Shown here: positions 47,954 through 57,848 of the stretch, piece by piece
Layout of the letters: every line of letters starts with the position of its first letter
Position numbering within the stretch: the stretch's first letter is position 1
Assembly (NCBI GenBank): GCA_013373425.1
Contig: JABXHW010000007.1
Span: 3,429-67,428 of the forward strand
Direction of reading: 5' to 3'
From: Flavobacteriia bacterium
GTDB lineage: Bacteria; Bacteroidota; Bacteroidia; Flavobacteriales; Schleiferiaceae
Length of the DNA: 64,000 nt
Position numbers and translations under genes: made by a program
The notes under the pieces: generated by a model
Told to the model about the DNA's origin: nothing
What the model saw: the letters and a program-made list of their open reading frames with translations, nothing else
Databases searched by the model: none

Positions 47954-48010
47954 TCCAAAGTTGCCCGCAAAGTAAATCAATTGAAGGCGAACCACACCGA
48001 TAACGTTGTA

Positions 48011-48679
48011 TTAAGCACTTGCGTATCCTAAGGCAGCAATGGAAATACTTGCAGCACCTCCATGGAGAAGTTGTTCGGCACAGGCTTCAAGCGTGGCTCC
48101 AGTGGTAAGAGTGTCGTCTACTAGTAGAATGTGCCTATTGCTGACTTGCGGGTCTTTGAGTTGAAATGAATCTGCGACATTCTCCCACCTTTCTTTCCGA
48201 TTCAGCAGAGTTTGGCTGGAGGTATTCTGGACTTTTTCCAATGCCGTGAGAAGTGGAAGTTGGCTCGATTCGCTTATACCTAGCGCAATTTCTTCAGCTT
48301 GATTGTAACCGCGAACCTTTATTTTATCTAGATGAATGGGGACAGGGACTATGCAGTCGAAGTGCATTTTAGCGGCCTGACGACGGTAGAGAATGGCACC
48401 TAGCGTTTGAGCAAGTTGCTTATTGCCTTGGTATTTTATGGCGTGGAGAGCTTTCCGAAGCGGACTATGGGTATGAAATGTCGCTAATAAGTGAGTAGAT
48501 GAAATAGGTATTCGGTCGCCGAACAACTCTTGAGCTAGAAGTTCAGGATTGAATTCAGTTGGCCAACCGGCAGCGGTGTCAAGGCAATTGAAGCACATTC
48601 CTGGTTCGTTGGGAATCAGGAGATTTGAGCACGATATACAGCGGTTCGGGAATACCCAGTTTATCCAATTTGTAAGCAC
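48011..48679 (-). CDS. ComF family phosphoribosyltransferase
   Basis: N-terminal CxxC..CxxC, VPVPIH..K..RGYNQ and LLVDDTLTTGATL motifs; GTG start. Confidence 0.92.
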   Translation of the reverse strand: MLTNWINWVFPNRCISCSNLLIPNEPGMCFNCLDTAAGWPTEFNPELLAQELFGDRIPISSTHLLATFHTHSPLRKALHAIKYQGNKQLAQTLGAILYRRQAAKMHFDCIVPVPIHLDKIKVRGYNQAEEIALGISESSQLPLLTALEKVQNTSSQTLLNRKERWENVADSFQLKDPQVSNRHILLVDDTLTTGATLEACAEQLLHGGAASISIAALGYASA

Positions 48680-48757
48680 ATTCTTATAGATTTATATATA
48701 CTGTGTTAGATAAAATACAGTTACTTTGTTCAGACCTCAATTAAATAACTCGTTGAT

Positions 48758-49651
48758 ATGAGTGAAAAGAAGAAAAGCAACAAGGGCCTAGTAGCCATCA
48801 TCATCCTTCTCCTGATCGGTTTGGCCGGCATGGGTTACATGTACATGGAGAAAGATAAAACAGTTGAAGCGAAAGATGTTGAAATTCAAGCTTTCCTTCA
48901 GGACTTAGAAGCAAAACGTACTGAGATTTCATCTATGGAGTCGCGCAACGATAGCTTGGATGAGTTCATCGTGAATCGCGAAGCAGCATTGCTTTCTTTG
49001 ATTGATAGCGTTCAAGATGCACAGCGAATGACATCAGAAGAACTCGCTCGTTACAAGAACAGCTACTACCGCATGGATGCGCAAATCAAAGAGCTAGAGG
49101 CTTCTGTTCGTGCTTGGGAGGCGCGATACGATAGCTTGGATGTTGCCAACCAACAAACCAAGATGGAATTGGCTGGTCAGATTGAGATGGGTCAGGTTCT
49201 AGAGGCTCAAAATCAAAACCTCACTAATGAAGTAGCTGCAGGTTCAGTATTGAAACTCACATCAATTTTTGCTGGAGCCTACAAGGTGTCTAGCGGTGGT
49301 GAGGAAGATGAAACTAGCCGCACTCGCAGAGCTGAGCGTGTTAAAACGTGTATCACAATTGGTGCAAATGCCATCGCATCGAAAGGAAATCGCGACGTAG
49401 TGATGCGTGTGATGACTCCTTCTGGCAACGTGCTCGTAGCGAATCGCGACAGCACAGCGGATGGTTCTAACATGTTCAATGTAAACGGCAATAGCCTCGG
49501 CTTTACTGCACGTAAGGACGTTTGGTACGAAGGTGAAGAAACCAATGTTTGCTTGAGCTTCGACCACGAAGAGTGGGACGAGGGTACGTACACTGTAGAG
49601 ATCTACATCGATGGTAAGTTTGCAAACGAAGCACGCTTCATCCTCGACTAA
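48758..49651 (+). CDS. Membrane-anchored coiled-coil protein with C-terminal beta-sandwich domain
   Basis: N-terminal TM, ~150-aa heptad region, then beta domain ending GTYTVEIYIDG. Confidence 0.8.
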   Translation: MSEKKKSNKGLVAIIILLLIGLAGMGYMYMEKDKTVEAKDVEIQAFLQDLEAKRTEISSMESRNDSLDEFIVNREAALLSLIDSVQDAQRMTSEELARYKNSYYRMDAQIKELEASVRAWEARYDSLDVANQQTKMELAGQIEMGQVLEAQNQNLTNEVAAGSVLKLTSIFAGAYKVSSGGEEDETSRTRRAERVKTCITIGANAIASKGNRDVVMRVMTPSGNVLVANRDSTADGSNMFNVNGNSLGFTARKDVWYEGEETNVCLSFDHEEWDEGTYTVEIYIDGKFANEARFILD

Positions 49652-49676
49652 GAGAAAAGGATAACCTCCTGTGGAG

Positions 49677-49708
49677 CCCCCTTCGAGAAATCGGAGGGGT
49701 TTTTTTTT
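49677..49708 (+). terminator. Rho-independent terminator
   Basis: CCCCTTCGA-GAAA-TCGGAGGGG followed by T9. Confidence 0.88.
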
Positions 49709-49948
49709 ATGTGGGGGCGCAGGGAAGTGCGGACGTGGGTGGTAGGGATGCAAGTTGAGGTGATAGAAGCGAAGAGATACCCTTGCAGATGTTTGAAGCT
49801 GTAGATAGACTTTTCCCTCTATCGAGAAGCTCATGCGCCTATTTTTCCCCACGTAGGCTATTAACAATCCTTAGTTGAGTACTTCTCGCGAATCCCCATT
49901 TATCCAATACCATACAATGTACTTTCGTTATTGGCTACAAATACAATA

Positions 49949-50935
49949 ATGAAAATGATACGAATTGTTTCGGCGGCCATTTTGGCCCTCACGCTTACGG
50001 GGTGCGTTTCTTCGAAGGTTCACCAAGAGCTTCAAACCAAATACGACGAGCTGTTAGCAGATAACGAATCGTTGCGAGCTTCCAATGAGGAGTGCTCATC
50101 CGACCTTACCGAAGCTCAGGCAATGCTTGAGCGATGTGTAGAGGCAAGAGATGCTCTCGTTCAAGATACTTTGGCGCAATTCCAATTAGTGAATCAACTT
50201 CGTCAGAGTTACGACGATTTGAACAAGAACTATGAATTCCTTCTAGAGAATAACAATACCATGCTTGCGCGCAACGCCCGTGAGAACCGCGAATTGCTCG
50301 ACCGTATGGAGGAGTTACAAGACCAGTTAGAGGGCAAGGAAGATAGCCTTCGTCGTGAGCAGAATCGCTTGAGCGACCTCAGTGTGATGCTTGAGTCGAG
50401 AGAGCGCCGAGTGAACGAGTTGGAAGGCGTAATCGCTCGTCAGGATAGCGTTGTTCGCTTCGTGCAGGAACGTGTCTCAGATGCACTTCTAGGGTTTACT
50501 GATAAAGGTCTTTCTGTTGAGATGAAGAACGGTCAGGTGTATGTATCACTTGAGAACCGTCTCCTCTTTGCATCGGGTTCTTGGACTGTTCAACAAGAAG
50601 GTAGAAATGCCCTCAATGAGCTGGCTCAAGTATTGGCCGAAAATGAGGATATCAAAATCATGGTGGAAGGGCACACGGATGATGATGCTTATCGCGGAAG
50701 CGGACAGGTGAGCGACAACTGGGATCTTTCAGTGATGCGCGCAACAAGCGTTGTGAAAATCCTTCAAGAAAATACCGGTGTTGCTCCAGAGCGTATCACC
50801 GCAGCAGGCCGTGGAGAATACATGCCAGTTGCAGACAATGAAACTGCCGAAGGCAAAGCGAAGAACCGCCGTATCGAGGTGATTCTAACTCCCGATCTTG
50901 GTGAGTTGGTAGACATCATCGGTACATTGAGATAA
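49949..50935 (+). CDS. OmpA/MotB-family peptidoglycan-binding lipoprotein with coiled coil
   Basis: Lipobox LTG-C, long coiled coil, LLFASGS, VEGHTD, NWDLSVMRA and NRRIEVIL motifs. Confidence 0.92.
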   Translation: MKMIRIVSAAILALTLTGCVSSKVHQELQTKYDELLADNESLRASNEECSSDLTEAQAMLERCVEARDALVQDTLAQFQLVNQLRQSYDDLNKNYEFLLENNNTMLARNARENRELLDRMEELQDQLEGKEDSLRREQNRLSDLSVMLESRERRVNELEGVIARQDSVVRFVQERVSDALLGFTDKGLSVEMKNGQVYVSLENRLLFASGSWTVQQEGRNALNELAQVLAENEDIKIMVEGHTDDDAYRGSGQVSDNWDLSVMRATSVVKILQENTGVAPERITAAGRGEYMPVADNETAEGKAKNRRIEVILTPDLGELVDIIGTLR

Positions 50936-50956
50936 CCGAATTAAATTCGACTAAAT

Positions 50957-50992
50957 AAGTCCTGGTGGCGTTTGTCATCAGGACTTTTTATT
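50957..50992 (+). terminator. Rho-independent terminator
   Basis: AGTCCTGGTG...CATCAGGACT followed by a T-rich tail. Confidence 0.75.
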
Positions 50993-50993
50993 T

Positions 50994-51494
50994 TTGAATA
51001 TGATGAAACAGATACTCATAGCTTTGCTTATATCGGCGAGTGCAACATGCTTTGCTCAGTCCTTTGTTTTGGGCGACGTCAATACCGATTGGTTTGAAAC
51101 CGAAGAAGGGGCCAATGGTGAATTATATGATTACCTCAATGCCAATGCGAATCCAGTGAGTGGCAGGAAGGTTATTGCCTTTTATGACTTTGATCTAAGA
51201 GAACACCCTTGTCACTATGGTCGCTCTTACGAGGGGGGAGTGTATTATGAGATGAATTCTTGTGAAGAGGAAGGTGGGGACAATGAAAAACTGTTCTTGC
51301 CCGCTGATACGGATATCGATAAGCTGAAGGCTTGGATTGAGACATTCGCTGTACTGCGCGAGGAATACTACACCTCCGAAAATTTCTCTTGGCAAAATGG
51401 CACATATGCGCCACACGGCGAAGCTGGATGCTATTACACCATCTCCGAGGATCAATATGGTCGGAAGGTCGTTGAGATTTACTGCGGATGTTAA
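50994..51494 (+). CDS. Exported acidic hypothetical protein
   Basis: Signal peptide; Cys-containing body ending YCGC. Confidence 0.7.
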   Translation: MNMMKQILIALLISASATCFAQSFVLGDVNTDWFETEEGANGELYDYLNANANPVSGRKVIAFYDFDLREHPCHYGRSYEGGVYYEMNSCEEEGGDNEKLFLPADTDIDKLKAWIETFAVLREEYYTSENFSWQNGTYAPHGEAGCYYTISEDQYGRKVVEIYCGC

Positions 51495-51497
51495 AAT

Positions 51498-51529
51498 AAA
51501 AAGGGGAGCAATTTGCTCCCCTTTGTTTT
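51498..51529. terminator. Bidirectional terminator
   Basis: AAAAAGGGGAGCA-AT-TTGCTCCCCTTTG between convergent genes. Confidence 0.85.
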
Positions 51530-53372
51530 ATTCAACGGTCACCGACTTGGCCAAGTTTCTCGGCTGGTCGACGTTACAGCCTCTCATCACAGCGATGTGA
51601 TAGGAGAGAAGTTGTAGTGGGATTGTAGTCAATAGTGGGGAGAAAGCTTCACTGCTATCTGGAATCTCCAGTGTGAAGTCTGCCATTTCAGCAATCTCTT
51701 TATCACCTTCACTCACAATGGCGATAATCTTACCATTACGAGCCTTAACCTCTTGGATGTTGCTCACAATCTTGTCGTACTGACCGTTTTTCGGTGCAAT
51801 AACAAAGACAGGCATGTTTTCATCGATAAGCGCAATCGGACCGTGCTTCATCTCAGCTGCGGGGTACCCTTCAGCATGGATGTAACTGATCTCTTTGAGC
51901 TTGAGCGCTCCTTCCAATGCAACTGGGAAGTTGAAACCACGACCGAGGTATAGACAGTTCTGTGCGTCTTTGTACTTCTCACTGATGGCTTTCACTTTAC
52001 TGTCAGATTGAAGCATGTACTCAATCTTGTTTGGAATACCGTGAAGCTCTTCCAGCAATTGCTGATAGCGAGATTCTGTCAATGTTCCTTTCATCTTCGC
52101 AATCTCGATGCTCAAGAGTGCGAGTACCGTTACTTGTGCAGTAAAGGCTTTAGTCGATGCTACACCGATTTCTGGACCTGCGTGAGTGTAGGCTCCTGCG
52201 TGTGTTTCACGAGCGATAGAGCTACCTACTACGTTACAGATTCCGAAGATCATTGCCCCCTGCTGCTTAGCCAGTTTGATGGCCGCTAACGTGTCCGCCG
52301 TTTCGCCTGATTGTGAAATTGCAATAACAACGTCTTTGTCGGTGATCACCGGGTTACGGTATCTAAATTCTGAAGCGTATTCTACTTCTACCGGGATTCT
52401 TGCCAGGTCTTCGAAGAGGTATTCTCCAACGAGGCCTGCGTGCCATGAAGTTCCACACCCTACGATGATGATACGATTGGCATTCAAGAATCTATCCTTG
52501 TATTCGAACAATCCGCCCATCTTGATCATGTGCTGATCAGGGAGCAATCGACCTCTAAATGTGTCGTAAATCGCCTTAGGTTGTTCGTAGATTTCTTTCA
52601 ACATGAAGTGCTCGTAGCCACCTTTCTCGATAGAAGCAAGGTCGAGCTGAAGTTGCTGAATGTATGGATCGATGGTCTTGTTGTCGACAATCGTTCTCAA
52701 GCTCAATCCAGAGTTGAGGTTGATGGTAGCCATCTCGCCATCCTCTAAATAAACAGCGTCCTTAGTGTATTCGAGGAATGGAGTAGCGTCTGAAGCGACG
52801 AAGTATTCGCCTTCTCCAACACCAATCACCAACGGGCTACCCATCTTAGCCGTTACAATCACTGAAGGATTGTCTACTTCAAAAACACAGATTGCATACG
52901 CGCCAATGACTTGGTTCAAGGCGATGCGAACGGCGTCCTCAAGATTGGTGTTTTCCTGATCCTTTACATCTTGGATGAGGTTGACCAACACTTCTGTATC
53001 GGTGTCGCTATGGAAGACGAACCCGCGATCTTTCAATGCTTCTTTGAGCGCTGAATAGTTTTCGATGATTCCATTGTGAATCAGAGCGATTTCTCCGTTG
53101 TTGGAGATATGAGGGTGTGAGTTTTTATCACTAGGGGGGCCATGTGTTGCCCAACGGGTATGTCCGATTCCGAGATGTCCAGTGACATCCTTACCAGCGG
53201 CTTCGCCTTCGAGATCTGAAACTTTCCCTTTTTTCTTATAAACGTTGAGGCTGCCGTCAGCAAGAAGCGCAACTCCGGCGCTGTCATAGCCTCTATATTC
53301 TAGTCTTTGTAGCCCCTTAATCAAGATAGGATAAGCATCCTTAGGGCCAATATATCCTACAATTCCACACAT
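51528..53372 (-). CDS. glmS: Glutamine--fructose-6-phosphate transaminase (isomerizing)
   Basis: MCGIVG, LEYRGYDSAG, HTRWATHG, SQSGETADT, EMKHGPIAL and PRNLAKSVTVE motifs. Confidence 0.99.
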   Translation of the reverse strand: MCGIVGYIGPKDAYPILIKGLQRLEYRGYDSAGVALLADGSLNVYKKKGKVSDLEGEAAGKDVTGHLGIGHTRWATHGPPSDKNSHPHISNNGEIALIHNGIIENYSALKEALKDRGFVFHSDTDTEVLVNLIQDVKDQENTNLEDAVRIALNQVIGAYAICVFEVDNPSVIVTAKMGSPLVIGVGEGEYFVASDATPFLEYTKDAVYLEDGEMATINLNSGLSLRTIVDNKTIDPYIQQLQLDLASIEKGGYEHFMLKEIYEQPKAIYDTFRGRLLPDQHMIKMGGLFEYKDRFLNANRIIIVGCGTSWHAGLVGEYLFEDLARIPVEVEYASEFRYRNPVITDKDVVIAISQSGETADTLAAIKLAKQQGAMIFGICNVVGSSIARETHAGAYTHAGPEIGVASTKAFTAQVTVLALLSIEIAKMKGTLTESRYQQLLEELHGIPNKIEYMLQSDSKVKAISEKYKDAQNCLYLGRGFNFPVALEGALKLKEISYIHAEGYPAAEMKHGPIALIDENMPVFVIAPKNGQYDKIVSNIQEVKARNGKIIAIVSEGDKEIAEMADFTLEIPDSSEAFSPLLTTIPLQLLSYHIAVMRGCNVDQPRNLAKSVTVE

Positions 53373-53382
53373 GGTAGTTGGT

Positions 53383-54717
53383 CTATTGGGTTTTCGTATA
53401 GTAGAGCTTCAACTGTGCCTGTTCGGCTGTGCCTAAGTTACCATTAATAACGGCTCGAGATTGATCGGGAAGACCGATTTCTGGAACCACTAAAAATCTC
53501 ACCGCGCTGTCTTTACTGTCGAGATATCTTTGAAGCTGACGTGTAATTACAAAGCGGTAATTGTTGTCGCGTAAATCGCCTGTTGTCAGACGGCCACCTA
53601 CTGCTGTTTCACCTGCAGCAGCTGGATTGTAATCAAAGATGAGTCTTCTACCCTCTTCGTCATCACGGATGATTTGCATCTTCTCCGGTAGTCGGTATCC
53701 ATTAGCGGATCCTTCTCTAACAGGAAGAAGTAGTTCAGCTCTGTTTAGAAGCCAATTCGAGTCTTTGTAATCCTTGATAAATGGAATTTCGATAGCTAAT
53801 GCAGCACCGCCCATCGCTTGGGTGTAAACAGCAGCTTCACCATTCACCACGTCTTGATTGTCGAGGTCGAATGAAGCCATGCTATAATCGAACGAGTTGA
53901 CGTTCACGATTTCGGAGGCAGCTCCAATACGAAGGTCATATTCTTCCGATTGGCTGTCATCGTTGTGGAAGTACATGCGAAGCTTTGTGTCGTTCGACGG
54001 CATGAGAAGGCCAATAATGGCCTCTGCACTCGCATCACTGCTCAACGCAATTCCGAAAATGTTCTCGATGAAATTGTCGCTTGATTCAAAGGCTGAACTT
54101 CCCTCGAGTGGGAAGATTACGTTTTGAATGAAGTTCTCATCAATAGGAATCTTGATGAATGGACGAGGTACCACGGTGTGCGTGTACAACACATCCTTTA
54201 ATGGTCGGATAGGAACGATAGCATTCGCGATTTCTTGATCTACTGCAAAGTCGCGATTGTTGTAGTAGTTGCTATCTGGATCAAGGTAGTTCGACAGGGT
54301 GTGGACGTAGATGTTAAACGGCGCTGTTGTGTCGCCATACCATGAAACGCGGCTAGCGGTGTATGGGATGAACAGGAAAGCGCTATCGCAAACGGGGTTG
54401 TCTCCGAATTGTGGAACACCACTTGGGATGAGATGGGCTACGACCTTGGCGTCGTGGCGACCAAATTCTGGATCGGTATATCCTCCAACTAAGCCAACTC
54501 CGGTGGTCGGATTATTGGAGCGTACCGAATCGTATGTGGTAGTGTAGGTTCTGATGGGTGTCATTTCCAACTGACCGAACTGAAGTTGGTCGTTGTCGAC
54601 ATAATCTAGACCCAAATCTGCATCTTCTCTATCGCAGGCTACAAAAACAACTAAAGCCATTGAAACAATGGCCTTAGTAGATATCGTGAAGAGTTTTTTT
54701 CTCATTCTGTTTGCCAA
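53383..54717 (-). CDS. DUF4270 family lipoprotein
   Basis: Lipobox FVA-C, LVGGYTDPEFG motif, terminal LKLYYTK; usual position between the GT5-like gene and glmS. Confidence 0.82.
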   Translation of the reverse strand: MANRMRKKLFTISTKAIVSMALVVFVACDREDADLGLDYVDNDQLQFGQLEMTPIRTYTTTYDSVRSNNPTTGVGLVGGYTDPEFGRHDAKVVAHLIPSGVPQFGDNPVCDSAFLFIPYTASRVSWYGDTTAPFNIYVHTLSNYLDPDSNYYNNRDFAVDQEIANAIVPIRPLKDVLYTHTVVPRPFIKIPIDENFIQNVIFPLEGSSAFESSDNFIENIFGIALSSDASAEAIIGLLMPSNDTKLRMYFHNDDSQSEEYDLRIGAASEIVNVNSFDYSMASFDLDNQDVVNGEAAVYTQAMGGAALAIEIPFIKDYKDSNWLLNRAELLLPVREGSANGYRLPEKMQIIRDDEEGRRLIFDYNPAAAGETAVGGRLTTGDLRDNNYRFVITRQLQRYLDSKDSAVRFLVVPEIGLPDQSRAVINGNLGTAEQAQLKLYYTKTQ

Positions 54718-55530
54718 TTAGGCGGTCACGTCTTCAAGGACTACATTCTCATAGAATGATTTGAATGCTGCCTTGTCTATTTCTTCGCTGGCATCGAATA
54801 TCGGAAGTCCTTTTTCTTCTGCAAAAGAAATCAGTGATTCTGGCACTTCTGGATGACCTTTTACAACCGCGTCGCAATATTCCATTGCTCCTTTGTGTAG
54901 GTTGTCGAAGTTTGGTTCGTTGAAGTGCGTAGTATCTTTTACTCCGTCGAATTTCATACCTGCAGCTAGATTCGGACCTAACTCGCCGTCGAACGTTTTG
55001 TTGTACAACGAGTAAACGATCTTAGCGTCTGCAAAGTGTGGGTCGTCAGAGTTAAATTCACGCAAATACATTGGCACAGCAGAACACATCCATCCGTGAA
55101 CGTGAATGATGTCTGGTTTCCAGCCTAGTTTGCGAACGGTTTCAATAACACTCTTTGAGAAGAACAATGCACGTTCGTCGTTGTCTTTGTGCAATTGCTT
55201 CTTATCGTTGAGCAAAGTCGATTTGCGCTTGAAGTACTCTTCGTTGTCGATGAAGTACACCTGCATTCTCGCTTGAGGAACAGAAGCCACCTTGATAATC
55301 AACGGTTGATCCATGTCGTTGATGACGATGTTCATACCACTGAGTCGAATCACTTCGTGAAGTTGATGTCTTCTTTCGTTGATAACGCCGAAACGAGGCA
55401 TGAACACTCGAACTTCGTGTCCGGCTTCATTCATCTTCTTCGGCAACTCCAAACTTGGTTTGGAAATAGGTGATTCCGGTAAGTACGGGCGAATTTCCTG
55501 AGATATGTAGAGTATGCGCTTTTTTTCCAT
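54718..55530 (-). CDS. Glycogen/starch synthase N-terminal (GT5) domain-only protein
   Basis: RILYISQEI.PY, VRVFMPRFG, YFIDNEEYF and PDIIHVHGW motifs; ~270 aa, no second GT-B domain. Confidence 0.88.
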   Translation of the reverse strand: MEKKRILYISQEIRPYLPESPISKPSLELPKKMNEAGHEVRVFMPRFGVINERRHQLHEVIRLSGMNIVINDMDQPLIIKVASVPQARMQVYFIDNEEYFKRKSTLLNDKKQLHKDNDERALFFSKSVIETVRKLGWKPDIIHVHGWMCSAVPMYLREFNSDDPHFADAKIVYSLYNKTFDGELGPNLAAGMKFDGVKDTTHFNEPNFDNLHKGAMEYCDAVVKGHPEVPESLISFAEEKGLPIFDASEEIDKAAFKSFYENVVLEDVTA

Positions 55531-55563
55531 CTTCGTTAATGCCTTTTCACTTTCAGTAGCTTG

Positions 55564-55611
55564 CAAAGGTACGATTTTTAGTGAGATGTTTCAAGCGAAA
55601 CTGTAGCTTTG
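55564..55611. promoter_or_regulatory. Divergent -7 promoter pair
   Basis: TACCTTTG on minus (55564-55571) and TAGCTTTG on plus (55604-55611). Confidence 0.7.
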
Positions 55612-55632
55612 CCCTACGTTAGCAGTAGATTC

Positions 55633-56466
55633 ATGCATATTTTTAGAGCGGTTGAATCGCTTTCTCAATTTCTTGAAGAGAGCGAAGGGCGAGTTGGGTT
55701 TGTGCCTACCATGGGTGCGCTTCATCAAGGTCATTTGGAGTTGGTGAAGGAAGCAAAGTCGAAATCAGACATTGTCGTGGTGAGCGTTTACGTAAACCCA
55801 ACACAGTTCAACAATCCCGACGATTTGAAGAATTATCCTCGCGATGAGGAAGGCGACCGTTCCAAGCTTGAGAGCGCGGGCTGTGATGTGCTGTGGTTTC
55901 CGCAGGAATCAGATATGTATCCTGACGGTGTGCATTCCGAGCAATTCGATCTAGGAATACTTGAGAATGTAATGGAAGGTAGTTTTCGTCCAGGTCACTA
56001 TCAAGGCGTAGCTACCATTGTCGATCGCCTCTTTTCCGCAGTTCGTCCCGATGTGGCCATTTTTGGTGAAAAGGACTTCCAGCAGGTGGCGGTTATCCGC
56101 AGAATGGCAGAGCTCAAGTCGCACCCAACCGAGATATTTACTGCTAGTACTATTCGTGAAAAAGATGGACTTGCAATGTCCTCGAGAAACTTGCTGCTTG
56201 AACCAAACTATCGCGAAGCTTCACCTGTTATTTACAAGGCGATGAAGCGTGCTGGGGAAGATCGTGAAAACATGTCCCCAGATCATGCGAAAGCCGCGGC
56301 TATCCGAGAAATTCAATCGTCAGGTTTGGATGTGGAATACGTCGAGATAGTAGATTCTAGCACACTGTCTTCCATTGTTAAATGGGATGAAAGTGAGGAG
56401 CCTAGAATATTTGTAGCCGCCTATGCAGGTAAGGTTAGATTGATTGATAACTTGAAGTTGAATTGA
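55633..56466 (+). CDS. panC: Pantoate--beta-alanine ligase
   Basis: [40 protein letters not shown] and VRLIDN motifs. Confidence 0.98.
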   Translation: MHIFRAVESLSQFLEESEGRVGFVPTMGALHQGHLELVKEAKSKSDIVVVSVYVNPTQFNNPDDLKNYPRDEEGDRSKLESAGCDVLWFPQESDMYPDGVHSEQFDLGILENVMEGSFRPGHYQGVATIVDRLFSAVRPDVAIFGEKDFQQVAVIRRMAELKSHPTEIFTASTIREKDGLAMSSRNLLLEPNYREASPVIYKAMKRAGEDRENMSPDHAKAAAIREIQSSGLDVEYVEIVDSSTLSSIVKWDESEEPRIFVAAYAGKVRLIDNLKLN

Positions 56467-56480
56467 CTACTTTTGCCCCC

Positions 56481-56831
56481 ATGTTTATAGAAGTTGTCAA
56501 GAGCAAAATCCATCGTGTGAAAGTCACGGGTGCTGACCTCAATTATGTAGGCAGCATCACGATTGATCAAGATTTGATGGACGCCTCCAATTTGATGGAA
56601 GGCGAGAAGGTCTCTATCGTTAACATCAACAATGGTGAGAGACTCGACACTTATGTGATTACAGGAAAGCGAGGATCGGGTGAGATTACACTTAACGGTC
56701 CAGCCGCTCGACGTGTTCAAGCTGGCGATATTATCATTATTATCGCTTATGGAATGATGACTCAGGAAGAGGCAAAGAGCTTCAAGCCAACCATCATCTT
56801 CCCGAATGAAGAAAATAACACGCTCTCCTAA
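56481..56831 (+). CDS. panD: Aspartate 1-decarboxylase
   Basis: [19 protein letters not shown] and LNGPAAR motifs. Confidence 0.98.
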   Translation: MFIEVVKSKIHRVKVTGADLNYVGSITIDQDLMDASNLMEGEKVSIVNINNGERLDTYVITGKRGSGEITLNGPAARRVQAGDIIIIIAYGMMTQEEAKSFKPTIIFPNEENNTLS

Positions 56832-57831
56832 TCACTTGAATCGCACCGTAAAAAATATCCTCAAGTACATCATCTTCGTAGGTGTAGCTGTTGGACTCCT
56901 TTATCTGGCTTTTCGTGAAACTGATCCGCAGAAGTTGTGGGAAGATTTGCAGAAGGCTAAGTACGGCTATGTTCTCGCTTCAATGGCAATGGGTTACGCG
57001 GCGATTATTTCCCGAGGTGTTAGATGGAAGTTGTTGCTCGAGCCACTTGGATATCATCCTAAAACCTGGAACAGCATCCATTCTGTTTCTGTATTGTACT
57101 TCGTCAATCTAGCTATTCCAAGAGCGGGCGAGTTAGCGAGATGTACTTCCTTAAATCAGGTGGAAGATATTCCCGTAAACAAGTTATTTGGAACGGTTTT
57201 GTTGGAGCGGACCATTGATTTCGCATTCTTAATTCTCGTCTTCCTCATAACCCTCGGACTCAATTTCGATTATATTGTTCAGCTGTTTGACTTAACCTCA
57301 CAAAATGGAGGTGAAGAGTCGGGGCCCAATTACTTGCTCTACACATTGGGAGGTCTGTTCGTGCTGTCAATACTCATCTACTTTGCATTCCGCGAACGTA
57401 TTCAGGCCACAGCTCTTTTCGCAAAGATTCGCGATTTCTACATGGGCTTGAAAGAAGGCTTTAAGTCGGTTGTGAAAATGAAGAAGCAACGCGCATTCTG
57501 GTTGCACAGCATCTTCATTTGGGCCAATTACTTTTTCATGGTTTACATCTGTTTCTTCGCAATGGAGGAAACAAGCGGACTCACCATTTCTGATGGATTC
57601 TTTGTTATGGTAGCGGCGAGTTTGGGCATCGTAGTTCCTGTTCCTGGCGGGATTGGTGCTTATCACTACCTCGTAATGATGGCCATGTTTGTACTTGGCT
57701 TCGCGAATGAAATCGGATTGGCATTTGCTACAATTGTGCACAGTGCACAGACATTAATGCTCTTGGTCACGGGTGCAATAGCTTCCTTGATTTTGTACCT
57801 TGAGCGTCGCCGCAAAAGTAAGCAGGCGTAA
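56806..57831 (+). CDS. Lysylphosphatidylglycerol synthase TM-region (UPF0104) protein
   Basis: [31 protein letters not shown] and [10 protein letters not shown] motifs; true start may be a few codons downstream. Confidence 0.88.
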   Translation: MKKITRSPNHLNRTVKNILKYIIFVGVAVGLLYLAFRETDPQKLWEDLQKAKYGYVLASMAMGYAAIISRGVRWKLLLEPLGYHPKTWNSIHSVSVLYFVNLAIPRAGELARCTSLNQVEDIPVNKLFGTVLLERTIDFAFLILVFLITLGLNFDYIVQLFDLTSQNGGEESGPNYLLYTLGGLFVLSILIYFAFRERIQATALFAKIRDFYMGLKEGFKSVVKMKKQRAFWLHSIFIWANYFFMVYICFFAMEETSGLTISDGFFVMVAASLGIVVPVPGGIGAYHYLVMMAMFVLGFANEIGLAFATIVHSAQTLMLLVTGAIASLILYLERRRKSKQA

Positions 57832-57848
57832 TTCATCAATACATCGGC

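Noticed and set aside
48011-48679. Competence locus (ComF, ComEB names)
   Set aside because: Isolated, widely distributed homologues; no pilus or ComEC genes in the window.
49710-49765. Another 8-mer array after a terminator
   Set aside because: G-rich, but I could not establish a consistent period.
49931-50935. Flagellar stator MotB
   Set aside because: It is a lipoprotein without the MotB TM Asp segment, and there is no motA or other flagellar gene; treated as a generic OmpA-like peptidoglycan-binding protein.
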